Assembly (NCBI GenBank): GCA_042216725.1
Contig: JBDGTP010000034.1
Span: forward strand, 3,574 to 67,573
Length of the DNA stretch: 64,000 nucleotides
Direction of reading: 5' to 3'
Source of the DNA: Haloplanus sp.
GTDB taxonomy: Archaea; Halobacteriota; Halobacteria; Halobacteriales; Haloferacaceae
This document shows, in pieces, positions 10,823-21,628 of the stretch. The notes under the pieces were generated by a model. It ran no database searches and was not told the DNA's origin. It saw only the letters and a program-made list of their open reading frames with translations. Position 1 is the stretch's first letter. Every line of letters starts with the position of its first letter. A program made the position numbers and the translations under genes.

Positions 10823-11326
10823 TTACGGCCGGTCGAGCACGTCCGCAGCAGGGGTACGGCGACCACAACTCGGACAGAACGCCCAGTCCGACCGGAGTTC
10901 GTCCCCACAGTCACAGAACACGCGGTGAGCCGACTTCTCGCCGCAGTTCGGGCAGTAGACGTGCCCGGCCGAAATCTCCTCGCCACACTGGGAACACGTG
11001 TTCCGTCTCGATTCGTCGTCCGCGCCCTCGCGTTGTGTCTTACGCGTCGTCGGTTCGGCGTCGCGTTCGACGGACACGTCGGACGGGTCGGCCGTCTCAC
11101 CGTCGAGCGTGACGTTTACGTTGATCTCAGGGGGGTCACGCGGGGCGAGTGCGTACTCAGCGAGCAGCGTTTCGATTCGGCTCACGTTCCCGTCCGACGA
11201 CCCCTCACGCTCCGCGTCGTCGAGATAGGTGCGCAATGCGTCGCGCATCACCTCGCTTTTGGAGGCGTCGAACTCCTCCAGACGCTCGACGAGATCATCG
11301 TCGGCGCGGAACGTGATCTTACTCAT
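10823..11326 (-). CDS. cdrL: RHH + double zinc ribbon regulator CdrL
   Basis: N-terminal RHH MSKITFRADD...SKSEVMR; C-terminal CSQC/CPNC/CDC/CPSC. Confidence 0.9.
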   Translation of the reverse strand: MSKITFRADDDLVERLEEFDASKSEVMRDALRTYLDDAEREGSSDGNVSRIETLLAEYALAPRDPPEINVNVTLDGETADPSDVSVERDAEPTTRKTQREGADDESRRNTCSQCGEEISAGHVYCPNCGEKSAHRVFCDCGDELRSDWAFCPSCGRRTPAADVLDRP

Positions 11327-11395
11327 CGGTTTTCCAATCAACCCCCGGTGAGTTAAACTTTCTTCCGTGTCTGACGGATGTCTGTCGGATGTCAG

Positions 11396-12121
11396 CTACG
11401 CGCCGGCGAGGCGCCGCCGCTCCGCGCCCAAAAACCGCGCCCAGCAGTCGAACAGCCAGCTATCGAGGCCGTACGCGTCGTCGATGGCCCGCACCCACAT
11501 GTCGTCGGTAAACAGGAGTCGCTGGAAACGCCGCACGCGCGACGACAGTGTCCGACGCGCCCCGGTGTAGTGGGCGAGCGTCTCGCGGCGGGCCCGATCC
11601 ACGAACGACGTGGGCACCTCGATTCCGTCCGCGTCGGCGGCGTGGCGAAACCACTCGATGTGGGTCACCGCCGACGCGAGGACGAACCGCTCGCGGAACC
11701 CGGAGACGCCCGCGAGCGGCGACCGTCCCTCGACGATCACGTCTCGCGGCCGAGAGAATCGCGGCAACGTGACGGTCAGTGCCGTCGCGGCCGCTACCTC
11801 GCGGGCGATGCCTCGAAGCCGCCGTTCGAGGACGCGCACCGCCGGCAGGAGCGCGAGTTCGTACCACGTCGGCATCCACTCACAGAACGGCTCCGAGAAG
11901 ACGGCGTCGCCGACCAACACGCCGACGACCGACGCCGCCTCGCGTCCGGAGAGCGCGGCGGGGTCTGCACGGAGCGTCGCGGCCACCGCGTCGCCGTCGA
12001 TGCGGTCGACACCCTGGAAGCCCATCCCGGCCGCGACGCGGCGGGTGTACGCCCGCCCCGCCGCGTACCAGTCGGCGGCGTCGGCGGGCGCCGTGATTCC
12101 GAGTAGTCGACCGACAGTCAC
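11396..12121 (-). CDS. Hypothetical protein
   Basis: GTG start preceded by GGAGG; ORF fills the cdrL-cob gap. Confidence 0.65.
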   Translation of the reverse strand: MTVGRLLGITAPADAADWYAAGRAYTRRVAAGMGFQGVDRIDGDAVAATLRADPAALSGREAASVVGVLVGDAVFSEPFCEWMPTWYELALLPAVRVLERRLRGIAREVAAATALTVTLPRFSRPRDVIVEGRSPLAGVSGFRERFVLASAVTHIEWFRHAADADGIEVPTSFVDRARRETLAHYTGARRTLSSRVRRFQRLLFTDDMWVRAIDDAYGLDSWLFDCWARFLGAERRRLAGA

Positions 12122-12230
12122 GTCCCTCCGTATCCCCGGCACCGACTTAACTCCCCCAGGCGACCGCCGTCACTCGGAACGACCGTGACCGCGACGGTCA
12201 AGTAGCTTCGTGCCAACCTTTCGGAAGACC

Positions 12231-12866
12231 GTGACAGCCGTCTCGTTCGACCTCTTCGGGACGCTCGTGACGGCGACGACCCCGGCCGACCCCGCGGCCG
12301 CCGTCGCCAGTGAGCTTCGCGACCGCGGCGTCGCCGTCCCCGACGACTGGGCCGACGCCTACCGCACGAGCCACCTCGACGCGCCGACCCTGGCGGAGGT
12401 GCCCCTGCCCGCCCACGTCGCGGCCGCGCTCCGAAGCCGGGGGATCACGCCGTCGGACGGCGCCGTCAGACGCGCGGTCGTCGCCGCGTTCGACCCCGAG
12501 GTGTGCCGTCGCGAGGGCGTCGACGCCGCCCTCGACGCGGCCCGGACGCGCGGCCCCGTCGGCCTGTGTTCGAACTGTAGCGTTCCGGAACTCGTCCCCC
12601 GGTCACTCGTGCGCGCGAACCTCCGGGGCGCGTTCGACGCCGTCGTCACGAGCGCCGCCTGCGGCTTCCGCAAACCCCACGCCCGACCGTTCGAGACGCT
12701 CGCGGGTGACCTCGGCGTCGACACCGCCGCCCTCGTCCACGTCGGCGACGACCCCCGAACCGACGGCGGCGTCGTCGACTGCGGGGGCGCCTTCGTCGAC
12801 GTGAGCGAAACGCCACTGGCGAACCTGGAGACCCGTCTGAACCGGGGGGGCGACCCGTGCCCCTGA
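12231..12866 (+). CDS. HAD-family hydrolase heading the cobalamin operon
   Basis: FDLFGTL motif I, SN, KP, HVGDD motif IV; overlaps cbiB start. Confidence 0.85.
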   Translation: MTAVSFDLFGTLVTATTPADPAAAVASELRDRGVAVPDDWADAYRTSHLDAPTLAEVPLPAHVAAALRSRGITPSDGAVRRAVVAAFDPEVCRREGVDAALDAARTRGPVGLCSNCSVPELVPRSLVRANLRGAFDAVVTSAACGFRKPHARPFETLAGDLGVDTAALVHVGDDPRTDGGVVDCGGAFVDVSETPLANLETRLNRGGDPCP

Positions 12867-13759
12867 TCGCCGCCGGGAGCGTCGCGCTCGCCGCCGGCCT
12901 CGACCGTCTCGTCGCCGAACCGCCCGCCGCACTCCACCCGGTCGCCTGGCTCGGGCGGGCGCTCGCGCCCCTGGATCGAGAGTGGGCGCACCCGCGACTG
13001 GCCGGGACGGCGACGGCCGTCGGCGTCCCCCTCCTCGCCGCCGTCGCCGCCGCGGGCCTCGTCGCCCTGGGTGCGCGTGCCGATCCCCTCGTCGCCGCCG
13101 CCGTCGCCGGTCTCGTTTGCTTCGTCGCGACCAGTCGCCGGATGCTCCTCGACGAGGCGGGGACGGTCGTCGCCGCGAGCGAGACGAACCTCCCGGCCGC
13201 CCGGCAGCGCCTGCGGTCGCTGGCAGGGCGGGACGCCGCCATCCTCTCGGCCGGAGAGGTGCGGAGCGCGGCCGTCGAGAGCGCCGCCGAGAACCTCGGC
13301 GACGGCCTCGTCGCCCCCCTCCTCGGCTTCGCTCTCCTCGCTCCGCTGTCACTCCCGGCGGCCGCAGGCGCCGCCGCGTGGATCAAGGCCGTCAACACGC
13401 TCGACTCCACGTTCGGCTACCGGTCGAAGCCGATGGGGTGGGCGCCCGCCCGCCTCGACGACTTCGTCATGTGGGTGCCCGCGCGCGCGAGCGCCGGCCT
13501 CCTCGCCGTCGCCGCGGGGCGACCGGGCGCGCTCCGACGGGGGCGGCCGCTCGCGGGCCGCCCCGCGTCGCCGAACGCGGGATGGCCGATGGCGACGCTC
13601 GCCGTCCTGCTCGGCGTCCGTCTGACGAAACCCGACGCCTACGACCTGGCGTCCGGGTCGACGCTTCCGACCCGGGCCGACGCCGACCGCGGCGTCGCTC
13701 TCGTCGCCCGGGCAGGGTGGCTGGCGTTCGGGCTGGCGGGGGTGATCGCGCTGTGCTGA
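12857..13759 (+). CDS. cbiB: Adenosylcobinamide-phosphate synthase CbiB
   Basis: HPVAWLG, AAVESAAENLGDG, KAVNTLDS, SPNAGWP. Confidence 0.92.
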   Translation: MPLIAAGSVALAAGLDRLVAEPPAALHPVAWLGRALAPLDREWAHPRLAGTATAVGVPLLAAVAAAGLVALGARADPLVAAAVAGLVCFVATSRRMLLDEAGTVVAASETNLPAARQRLRSLAGRDAAILSAGEVRSAAVESAAENLGDGLVAPLLGFALLAPLSLPAAAGAAAWIKAVNTLDSTFGYRSKPMGWAPARLDDFVMWVPARASAGLLAVAAGRPGALRRGRPLAGRPASPNAGWPMATLAVLLGVRLTKPDAYDLASGSTLPTRADADRGVALVARAGWLAFGLAGVIALC

Positions 13760-14502
13760 CGGCGGTGCAGGGCGCGCTCGCCTTCCTGACGCGTCTGCCC
13801 GTCGGCGGCGACGAGGCCGCGTGGGACGCCTTCCGCACCACGCCGGTCGCGTTCGTCGTCGCCGGTTACGTCGTCGGCGGTCTGGCCGCGGTGCCCCTGG
13901 CCGTGCCGGTACCCCTCCCGACCGCCGTCGCGGGCTATCTCGTCACGCTGTATCTCGTCACCGGCGTCACGCACGTCGACGGCCTCGCGGATCTGGGCGA
14001 CGCCGCCGCCGTCCACGGCACGGCCGCCGACCGCCGCTCGGTGCTGAAAGACTCACAGACCGGCGTCGGCGGGGCGCTCGCCGTCGGTCTCGCGCTCGTC
14101 ACCCTCGCACTCGGCGGCCTCGGCGTCGCTGGCGCCGGCCCTCGCGTCGCCGTTCGCCTCGTCCTCGCCGCGGAGGTGAGCGCCAAAGTCGGCATGGCGG
14201 CGCTCGTCACCCTCGGCAGTCCGGGCCACGAGGGCCTCGGCTCGGCGGTCGTCGACGAGGCCGGCGGCGCCTCGCTGCTCCCGGTCGTCGTCGCCGCCGT
14301 CCCCGCCGCGCTGTTCGCGCCGCCCGGAAGCACCTCGGCACTCGTCGCGACGCTCGCCGCCGGGCCGGCAGTCGCCCTCCTCGTCGGCCGGTGGGCGACG
14401 ACCCGTCTCGGTGGCGTCACGGGCGACGCCCTCGGCGCGGCGAACGAACTCGCCCGGGTCGCGGCGCTGCACGCGGGGGTGATCGCGTGGACGCTCTGGT
14501 GA
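13753..14502 (+). CDS. cobS: Adenosylcobinamide-GDP ribazoletransferase CobS
   Basis: AFLTRLP, HVDGLADLGD, LKDSQTGVGG, GGVTGDALGA; GTG start overlapping cbiB. Confidence 0.92.
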   Translation: MLTAVQGALAFLTRLPVGGDEAAWDAFRTTPVAFVVAGYVVGGLAAVPLAVPVPLPTAVAGYLVTLYLVTGVTHVDGLADLGDAAAVHGTAADRRSVLKDSQTGVGGALAVGLALVTLALGGLGVAGAGPRVAVRLVLAAEVSAKVGMAALVTLGSPGHEGLGSAVVDEAGGASLLPVVVAAVPAALFAPPGSTSALVATLAAGPAVALLVGRWATTRLGGVTGDALGAANELARVAALHAGVIAWTLW

Positions 14503-15041
14503 TGTGCGGAGGTCGAGGGACACGCCTCGGCGTGGAGACGGAGAAGCCCCTCGTCACGGTGGGCGACGAACCGATGGTCGACCGCGTGTGTGACGCCCTC
14601 GCCGCGAGTCGGATCGACGCCGTGTACGCGGTCGTCTCTCCGCACACGCCCGCGACGCGCGACCACCTCCGGACGGCGGCTGTCGACGTGATCGACGCAC
14701 CCGGCGAGGGATACGTCGCGGATCTGGAACACGCGCTGGATCGGGTGGCGCGGCCGGTACTGACGGTCGTCGCCGACCTCCCCCTGCTCGCCGCCGAGAC
14801 GGTGGATCGAACGCTCGACGCCGCCGACGGATCGGTCGCCGTCGCAGTGCCGGTCGCCCTGAAGCGACGACTGGGCGTCAGCGTCGACACGGCGTTCGAC
14901 CACGACGACCGGCGACTGGCCCCCGCGGGTATCAACGTCGTCGACGGAACCGACGACGACATATACGTCAGAGACGACCGACGACTCGCCGTGAACGTGA
15001 ATCGCCACACCGATCTGCGAGTCGCGGAGGCACTGTCGTGA
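14487..15041 (+). CDS. cobY: Adenosylcobinamide-phosphate guanylyltransferase CobY
   Basis: MCGGRGTRL...EKPL, GYVADL, ADLPL, NVN. Confidence 0.9.
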   Translation: MDALVMCGGRGTRLGVETEKPLVTVGDEPMVDRVCDALAASRIDAVYAVVSPHTPATRDHLRTAAVDVIDAPGEGYVADLEHALDRVARPVLTVVADLPLLAAETVDRTLDAADGSVAVAVPVALKRRLGVSVDTAFDHDDRRLAPAGINVVDGTDDDIYVRDDRRLAVNVNRHTDLRVAEALS

Positions 15042-16027
15042 CGCGGTTCGTCCTCGTCGCGGGCACGACCGAGACGGCACGCGTCGACGGCATCAGCGCC
15101 GCCGGGGCCGATCCGGAACTGATGGCCCACACGCCGAGCGCCGACGCGGAACTGATCGAGTACGGTCACCTGGTGCGCGCGCCGGTCGTCCCCGTGAGTC
15201 CGACGGGGTGTCCGACGCCTGCGGCCGTCACCCGCGCGGTGCGCGAACGGGTGGGCTTCGAGACGCTCGTCGTCGATGCCGGCCTCGCCGAACCGACCGG
15301 CGCGCCGACGGTCGGCGTCGGCGCGAAACCGGGACGGGACGTGCGCGAGGCCGACCCAGTGCCCACCGCGCCGGGCGCGTGGGTCGCCGCCCGCGAACTC
15401 GGGCACGCGCTCCCGGACGACGAACTCGTCATCGGCGAAACCATCCCCGGCGGCACCACGACGGCCCTCGGCGTCTGCCGGGCGCTCGGCGTCGACACAA
15501 CCGTCTCGTCGTCGCTCCCCGAGAATCCGCTCGGGCTGAAAGAGGAGGTGGTCACGGCGGGGTTCAAGGCGAGCGACATCGAGCCCGGCGCGGCGGCCTA
15601 CCGCCCGGAACTCGCCGTGCGGTTCCTCGGTGATCCGGTGCTCGCCGTCGTCGCCGGGCTCACCGCCGGGGCGCTCGAATCGGGCACCGAGGTGGTGCTC
15701 GGCGGCGGGACGCAGATGCTCGCCGCGGCGGCACTCGTCCGTCACGCCGGCGTCGCCGAACCCCTGACCGTCGCGGCGACCACGTACGTCGCCGACGACG
15801 CCGACATGGCGGCGACGGCGGTCGACCTCGACTGTGACCTCGTCGTCACCGACCCCGGGTTCCACGGGCGGGACGACGCGCTCGCCCGGTACGCCGACGG
15901 CGAGGCCAAGGAAGGCGCGGGGATGGGCGGGGCGCTCATGCTGGCGGAGCGAGCGGGCGGGGTCGGGGGGGTCGCGGACGGAACGCTTGAGGTAGTGGAG
16001 CGTATTAGCCCTTGCCATGAACCCTGA
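15038..16027 (+). CDS. cobT: Nicotinate-nucleotide-DMB phosphoribosyltransferase CobT (archaeal type)
   Basis: [35 protein letters not shown]. Confidence 0.9.
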   Translation: MTRFVLVAGTTETARVDGISAAGADPELMAHTPSADAELIEYGHLVRAPVVPVSPTGCPTPAAVTRAVRERVGFETLVVDAGLAEPTGAPTVGVGAKPGRDVREADPVPTAPGAWVAARELGHALPDDELVIGETIPGGTTTALGVCRALGVDTTVSSSLPENPLGLKEEVVTAGFKASDIEPGAAAYRPELAVRFLGDPVLAVVAGLTAGALESGTEVVLGGGTQMLAAAALVRHAGVAEPLTVAATTYVADDADMAATAVDLDCDLVVTDPGFHGRDDALARYADGEAKEGAGMGGALMLAERAGGVGGVADGTLEVVERISPCHEP

Positions 16028-17024
16028 CGCCGTGACCGACGTGGAACGGGTGCCTCATGGGGGCGCGTCGGACACGACGCTACTGGACTTTAGCGCCAAC
16101 ACGAATCCGGAGCGGCCGCGTGGCGTCGTCGGCGTCTACGAATCGGCGTACGGGGCCGCGATGCGCTATCCCGGCGACGACTACTGCGCGTATCGGAGCG
16201 CCGCCGGCGAGTATCTGGGGTGTGAGCCGCTGAACGTCGTCCCCGCGGCCGGTGGGATCGCGGCGCTCCGGTTGGCCTTCGAGGTGACGCTCGACTCCGG
16301 CGACGACGCCTTGCTTCCTCACCCGAGTTTCGGCGAGTACGAACGCGAGGTTCGCCTCCAGGGGGTCGAACCGGCGTTCGTGGCGTACGACCGCCTCCTC
16401 CGAACCGACCCCGCGTCGTACGACGTGGCCGTCGTCTGCAATCCGAACAACCCGACCGGCGACGCGTATCCACGAGCCGACCTCCAGGCGTACGCCCGGG
16501 AGTGTCGTGACGCCGGCACCGTCCTGATCGTCGACGAGGCGTTCCTCGACTTCACCGACCGCCGAACGCTCGCGGGCGAACCCGGCACCATCGTCGTCCG
16601 GTCACTGACCAAAATCTTCGGCCTGCCGGGGCTTCGAGCCGGATTCGCCGTCGCGACTGACGAACTGCGCGACCGACTCGACGCCGCACGACCCGCCTGG
16701 GGACTGTCGACACCCGCCGCCGACGTGGGGGCGTACTGCCTGCGGCAGACGAAGTTCGTCGCCGAGACGCGCGACCGGGTGCGCCGCGAACGGAGCCGGA
16801 TGCGTGACGCTCTCGACGGCACCTTCGATGTCTACCCCTCCGAAGCGCCCTTCCTCCTTCTCGACGTCGGCGACCGAGCCGTGAGCGACGTGGTCGACGG
16901 CGCGCGCCGCCAGGGGATCGTCGTCCGGGACGCCACCACCTTCCGCGGCCTCGACTCCCACGTCCGGGTCGCCGTCCGACGACCCGAGGAGAACGACCGC
17001 CTCCTCGACGCGCTCGTGGGATGA
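16017..17024 (+). CDS. cobD: Threonine-phosphate decarboxylase CobD (PLP)
   Basis: [37 protein letters not shown]. Confidence 0.9.
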   Translation: MNPDAVTDVERVPHGGASDTTLLDFSANTNPERPRGVVGVYESAYGAAMRYPGDDYCAYRSAAGEYLGCEPLNVVPAAGGIAALRLAFEVTLDSGDDALLPHPSFGEYEREVRLQGVEPAFVAYDRLLRTDPASYDVAVVCNPNNPTGDAYPRADLQAYARECRDAGTVLIVDEAFLDFTDRRTLAGEPGTIVVRSLTKIFGLPGLRAGFAVATDELRDRLDAARPAWGLSTPAADVGAYCLRQTKFVAETRDRVRRERSRMRDALDGTFDVYPSEAPFLLLDVGDRAVSDVVDGARRQGIVVRDATTFRGLDSHVRVAVRRPEENDRLLDALVG

Positions 17025-17737
17025 CGACCGTATTCGACCTCACCGTTCGCGACGGGGTCTGTCGACTGGCCCGTCCGGGGACGCGGTGGCTCTCCAGCGG
17101 CCACGGCGGCGGCCCGTCGACCGGCCCCGCGGCCTACAACTGCACCGTCCCCGAGGGATGGGAGCGCACCGACCTGGACGCCTACGTCGCCGAACGACTG
17201 GCTGCGGCTGACTTCGAGGCGGAGGGGCCGGCGCTGTTGACCGGCGTCGAGCAGCGCCACGCCCGCCGGGCGCGACTAGGGTCGGTCGAAGCCGTCGCCA
17301 CTGCGGGCGTCTCGAATCCCGCAGCCCTCCCCGTCGACGGTGAGCGTGTCGCGACGGTCGACCCCGAGGGCGCCGACCCGACACACGCGGGCACCGTCAA
17401 CGTCGTCGTGGGGACGACCCGCGCGCTCGCGCCGGGGGCGCTCGCGAATCTACTGGCCGTCGCGGCCGAGGCGAAGGCGGCGACGTTGCTGGCACGGGCG
17501 GGCGTCCCGGGCACGACGACCGACGCCGTCGTCGCGGCCTGCGACCCCACCGGGGAGGCCGCCCCCTTCTCCGGGAGTGCGACCGCCGTTGGCGCCGCGG
17601 CCCGCGCCTGCGTCCGTGATGCCGTCGCCGCGAGCCTCGACTCGCGCTACCCCGACGGCGTCGGGGACACGGAGGCAGACGCCGGTGTCGTCACCGACCG
17701 ACGGGCGACCGTCTCGCCCGTCACACCGGACGATTGA
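17021..17737 (+). CDS. cbiZ: Adenosylcobinamide amidohydrolase CbiZ
   Basis: ATAGVSNP, GTVN, AEAK, GTTTDAV. Confidence 0.88.
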   Translation: MTTVFDLTVRDGVCRLARPGTRWLSSGHGGGPSTGPAAYNCTVPEGWERTDLDAYVAERLAAADFEAEGPALLTGVEQRHARRARLGSVEAVATAGVSNPAALPVDGERVATVDPEGADPTHAGTVNVVVGTTRALAPGALANLLAVAAEAKAATLLARAGVPGTTTDAVVAACDPTGEAAPFSGSATAVGAAARACVRDAVAASLDSRYPDGVGDTEADAGVVTDRRATVSPVTPDD

Positions 17738-17765
17738 AGGCCGCGCCGGGCGGAGTGGAGGCGAC

Positions 17766-18398
17766 ATGAACGACAGCGACCGGATCGAGGCCCGCGCACC
17801 CGAGGAGTTCGGCCTCGTGCAGGCGTGGTGGGGTGACGGGAAGGGGAAGACGACCGCCGCTCTCGGCATGGGCCTTCGCGCCGCCGGCCACGGCTACCGC
17901 GTCCACCTCCTCCAGTTCATGAAAGGGGGCGCGGCGAGCGTCGAGGACGTACGCGGGGAGTACGCAGCCATCGACCAGGTCGCGGGCTTCAGCTACGAAC
18001 ACACCGGTCACTACGGGTGGCACGGGTTCGCGGACGGAAGCGACGACGACGACCACGCCGCGAAGGCACGGGGCGGCCTCGAACGCGCTCGCGACCTGGT
18101 CGGCGCGGCGGAGGAGGCCGACCTCTCGGCGCCGCTCCCCCTCGACGGCGACCCGGAGGACGGCGTCCACATGCTGATCCTCGACGAAGTGTTGTACGCG
18201 GCCAACCGCGACCTGATCGACCCCGCCGACGTGGTCGACCTCGTGGAGTCGAAGCCCGCGAACCTGGAACTCGTCTGTACCGGCGGCCACGACCACCCCG
18301 ACTACCTCGCCGACGCCGCGGATCTGGTGAGCGAAGTGCGCAAGGAACGCCACCCCATCGACGCTGGGCAGCGCGCACGGAAGGGGACGGAGTTCTGA
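17766..18398 (+). CDS. cobA: Cob(I)yrinic acid a,c-diamide adenosyltransferase (CobA/BtuR)
   Basis: GDGKGKTTAA, QFMKG, ILDE, TG, KERHP, RKGTEF. Confidence 0.9.
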   Translation: MNDSDRIEARAPEEFGLVQAWWGDGKGKTTAALGMGLRAAGHGYRVHLLQFMKGGAASVEDVRGEYAAIDQVAGFSYEHTGHYGWHGFADGSDDDDHAAKARGGLERARDLVGAAEEADLSAPLPLDGDPEDGVHMLILDEVLYAANRDLIDPADVVDLVESKPANLELVCTGGHDHPDYLADAADLVSEVRKERHPIDAGQRARKGTEF

Positions 18399-18438
18399 GG
18401 GCCGAAGCGTTTTGCCGAGCGACACCTACCCTGTTCGT

Positions 18439-20010
18439 ATGACGCGCGTGTCCCGCGCGGCCTTCCGGCGGCTCCTCGACGGCCTCGACGACGCGGAACT
18501 GGCCGCCTTCGTCGCCGCCGTATACGATGCCCGGGGGTGGGAGACGGAACACGACGACGGCATCGTGGTGACGCCGCCGGGCGCGGGTCGACCCCGACGG
18601 CTCGCGGTTCCCGGCGACGGTGACCACGTGGCGACGCCAGTCGGCGATACGGCCACCGCCGTCGACGCCGCCGACCTTCGAGAGATGGTGCTGTACGCCG
18701 TCGACGCCGACGACCGGGAGCGTCTGTTCCGGCGCTTTTTCGACCGCGACCCCGCCGATATCGACGCGGCCACCGACGACGACGGGGCGCCGAACCGCCG
18801 ACCGGGCACCGAGACAGCCACCGACGCCGACGGAGCGCCGAACCGCCGGCCGGGCACCGAGACAGCCACCGACGCCGACGGGGCGCCGACCCGGACGCGA
18901 GACGCCAGCGACGCGACCGGCGTCACTCGGCACGAGACGCCGACGGCCATCAGCGATGCGTCGGGGTCGGCCACGACACGGGAACCCGAGTCGGAGACCG
19001 GGTCGGACGACGAACCATCTCGGACGATCCGGTGGCTCACCGTCGGCCTGACCGTCGCGCTCGTCGGCGGCGTCGTGGCCGCGGCCGGCCCGGCGCTCCC
19101 GTCCACGACGCCGACCGGCGAGGGCGGCGCGGCGGCGAACGGGACGGCGATGCCCGACGCCGGAGACGAGGAACTCGGCGCGACGGCCGAGGGGAAGGAA
19201 GGCGAGCGCCTGCCCGTCGCATCGGGCGTGCGCCGGGTCGAAACGACGGACGATCTGCCCCCCGGCGTCGCCGACGGGGGCGTCGTGGACGCGTCGACGC
19301 TCGCCGACGCCCACGAGGACGCCCTGACCGACCGATCCTATCGCCTCCGGATCGTCCACCGGGAGTTCGCCGACGGGGAGCTTCGGGGCGTCGCCCACGA
19401 GCGCGCGACCATCGCGGCGTCGGATCGATACCGGTCGCGGGTGCGACAGCTCGGCGCGCTGCGACACGAGTCGACCGTGATCGGCGACGGCTCGGCCTAC
19501 GCGAACGGGGAGACCCGCTACGTCCGGCCCCTCGGCGGGCGAGACACGCCGGAGAGCGCCCGCACGCAGTCACGAGTCGCGACGGCGACGACCGAACCCG
19601 ACCGGTTTGCCGACCGGACGGGCCGGTACGTCCGGTGGTATCTCAGCGTCGAGCGGTCGTGGCTCGTCGGCACCACCGAGCGCAACGGCACCACCCTGGT
19701 TCGGATCGCCTTCGCTGGCGATCCCTGGCCCGGCGCGACGAACGTAACGGGGCGGGCGCTGATCGACGAACACGGGCTGGTGCGCGTGCTCCGTCGGACG
19801 TACGTCCCGGCGAACGACCCGAGGGTGCGCGTCGAGACGACGATCCGAATCACACCGGGACAGGTCACGGTGACGCGGCCGGAGTGGGTCGAGTCGAGTC
19901 GGTCGCCCACGCCGACGGCCAGTTCTCTGAACGACAGTGACGCCCGCCGGCCAACGGCACCCCGTCTGGACGGACGAGCGCCCGGCGCGAAACGCGGGGA
20001 AGCAGCGTGA
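18439..20010 (+). CDS. Single-pass membrane protein: Mrr-like N-terminal domain, low-complexity linker, TM helix, beta-rich C-terminal domain
   Basis: N-term [19 protein letters not shown]; [20 protein letters not shown]; LPPGV...LADAH segment; overlaps cobQ start (GTGA). Confidence 0.65.
   Translation: MTRVSRAAFRRLLDGLDDAELAAFVAAVYDARGWETEHDDGIVVTPPGAGRPRRLAVPGDGDHVATPVGDTATAVDAADLREMVLYAVDADDRERLFRRFFDRDPADIDAATDDDGAPNRRPGTETATDADGAPNRRPGTETATDADGAPTRTRDASDATGVTRHETPTAISDASGSATTREPESETGSDDEPSRTIRWLTVGLTVALVGGVVAAAGPALPSTTPTGEGGAAANGTAMPDAGDEELGATAEGKEGERLPVASGVRRVETTDDLPPGVADGGVVDASTLADAHEDALTDRSYRLRIVHREFADGELRGVAHERATIAASDRYRSRVRQLGALRHESTVIGDGSAYANGETRYVRPLGGRDTPESARTQSRVATATTEPDRFADRTGRYVRWYLSVERSWLVGTTERNGTTLVRIAFAGDPWPGATNVTGRALIDEHGLVRVLRRTYVPANDPRVRVETTIRITPGQVTVTRPEWVESSRSPTPTASSLNDSDARRPTAPRLDGRAPGAKRGEAA
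18769..18889 (+). repeat. In-frame 48-bp tandem repeat (~2.5 copies)
   Basis: Unit encodes [16 protein letters not shown]; copies start at 18769, 18817, 18865. Confidence 0.85.
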
Positions 20011-21548
20011 GCGACGGCGCCCGCACTCTGCTGATCGCCGGTACCGCGAGTCACGTGGGCAAGTCGACGGTGGCGGCGGGACTCTGTCGTCGCCTGGCCG
20101 ACGCCGGCTACGACGTGGCGCCGTTCAAGGCCCAGAACATGTCGAACAACGCCCGGGCGGTGCCCCGCGCCGACGGTGACGGGTTCGGCGAAATCGGCGT
20201 CTCACAGTACGTCCAGGCCCGCGCCGCGGGCGTCCGTCCGACGACGACCCACAACCCGGTGCTCCTGAAACCGCGGGGTGATGGCGAGTCTCAACTCGTG
20301 ATCGACGGCGAGGCCGTCACGAACGTCGCCGCCGACGCCTACTACGACGAGTGGTGGACGCAGGCACGCGAGGCTGTCGTCCGCGCACACGACCGCCTGG
20401 CAGCCGACGCCGACGTGGTCGTGGCCGAGGGCGCGGGCTCCATCGCTGAGATCAACCTCCACCACCGCGACCTCTCGAACGTCGAAACCGCCCGCGTCGC
20501 CGACGCCGACATCCTCCTCGTGGCCGACGTGGAGCGTGGCGGCGTCTTCGCGGCCATCGTCGGCACCCTCGACCTTCTCCCGGCCGACCTCCGCGACCAG
20601 GTGGCGGGGGTCGTGATTACGAAGTTCCGCGGCGACCGCTCCCTGCTCGCCGACGGGGTCGAGGCGGTCGAGGAGCGAACGGACGTCCCCGTGCTCGCCG
20701 TCTTACCGTACGACGACCCGGGACTCCCCGAGGAGGACAGCGTCTCCCTCCCGGCCCGGGAGGACGGTGGCGTGCGGGGCGCCGACGACGGCGTGGCGCC
20801 CGACCGAACGGTGACGGTCGCCGTCCCGCGCCTGCCCCACGCCTCGAACACCACCGACCTCGAACCGCTCGCTCGCGTCCCGGGCGTTCGGGTGGCGTAC
20901 ACACCGCTCGACGCCGACCTCTCGACCGTCGCCGGGGGCGATCCGGCCGACGCAGTCGTGCTCCCGGGGACGAAAAACACGGTCGACGACCTGCTGGCGG
21001 CCAGGGAAGCCGGACTGGGCGACGGTCTCCGCGCCGTCGACGGCCCCGTGGTCGGCCTCTGTGGCGGCTACCAGTTCCTCGGCGAACGGATCGAGGGGGC
21101 TGGCGTCGAGGGCACTGGCGACCGAGAGACCGTCCCCGGCCTCGGTCTCCTGCCCCTGGTGACGCGATTCTCGGGCACAAAGCGAGTCGAGCCGGCGACC
21201 TGGGACGTCGCGGGGAGCGGGCCGTTAGCGGGCATCACGGGGCGGGTCGAGGGCTACGAGATTCACGTGGGGGAGACGCGGGCAACCGGGGCGGTGACGA
21301 CGCCCTTCGCCGCGCCGGACGGCCGCACTGGCGCCGAACTCGGCGCGGTACGGGGGTCGGTGGTCGGCACCTACCTCCACGGCCTGTTCGGGAACCGGTC
21401 GGCCCGGGAGGCGTTCGTCGACGCGGTGTACGCGAACGCGGGCGTCGAGCGTCCGAACGCGACGGCCGAGCGGGAATCACCGTACGGCCGCGCCGCGGCG
21501 CTCGTGTCGGGGATCGACCTCGGCGTCGTCGGATTCGAGGACACCTGA
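20007..21548 (+). CDS. cobQ: Cobyric acid synthase CobQ/CbiP
   Basis: [49 protein letters not shown]. Confidence 0.95.
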   Translation: MSDGARTLLIAGTASHVGKSTVAAGLCRRLADAGYDVAPFKAQNMSNNARAVPRADGDGFGEIGVSQYVQARAAGVRPTTTHNPVLLKPRGDGESQLVIDGEAVTNVAADAYYDEWWTQAREAVVRAHDRLAADADVVVAEGAGSIAEINLHHRDLSNVETARVADADILLVADVERGGVFAAIVGTLDLLPADLRDQVAGVVITKFRGDRSLLADGVEAVEERTDVPVLAVLPYDDPGLPEEDSVSLPAREDGGVRGADDGVAPDRTVTVAVPRLPHASNTTDLEPLARVPGVRVAYTPLDADLSTVAGGDPADAVVLPGTKNTVDDLLAAREAGLGDGLRAVDGPVVGLCGGYQFLGERIEGAGVEGTGDRETVPGLGLLPLVTRFSGTKRVEPATWDVAGSGPLAGITGRVEGYEIHVGETRATGAVTTPFAAPDGRTGAELGAVRGSVVGTYLHGLFGNRSAREAFVDAVYANAGVERPNATAERESPYGRAAALVSGIDLGVVGFEDT

Positions 21549-21628
21549 GCGGGCGACCCGCCGACGGCGCCGACGCCGCGGACGCCGCGACCGAACGTTT
21601 AACCGGGGAGGCGCGCAACTCGTCGCCG

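Noticed and set aside
12122-12230. Cobalamin riboswitch upstream of the cob operon
   Set aside because: Gap is only ~110 bp, shared with a divergent gene, and no B12-box consensus is visible
18769-18889. 48-bp repeats as a possible CRISPR array
   Set aside because: Contiguous in-frame coding repeats with no unique spacers and no cas genes
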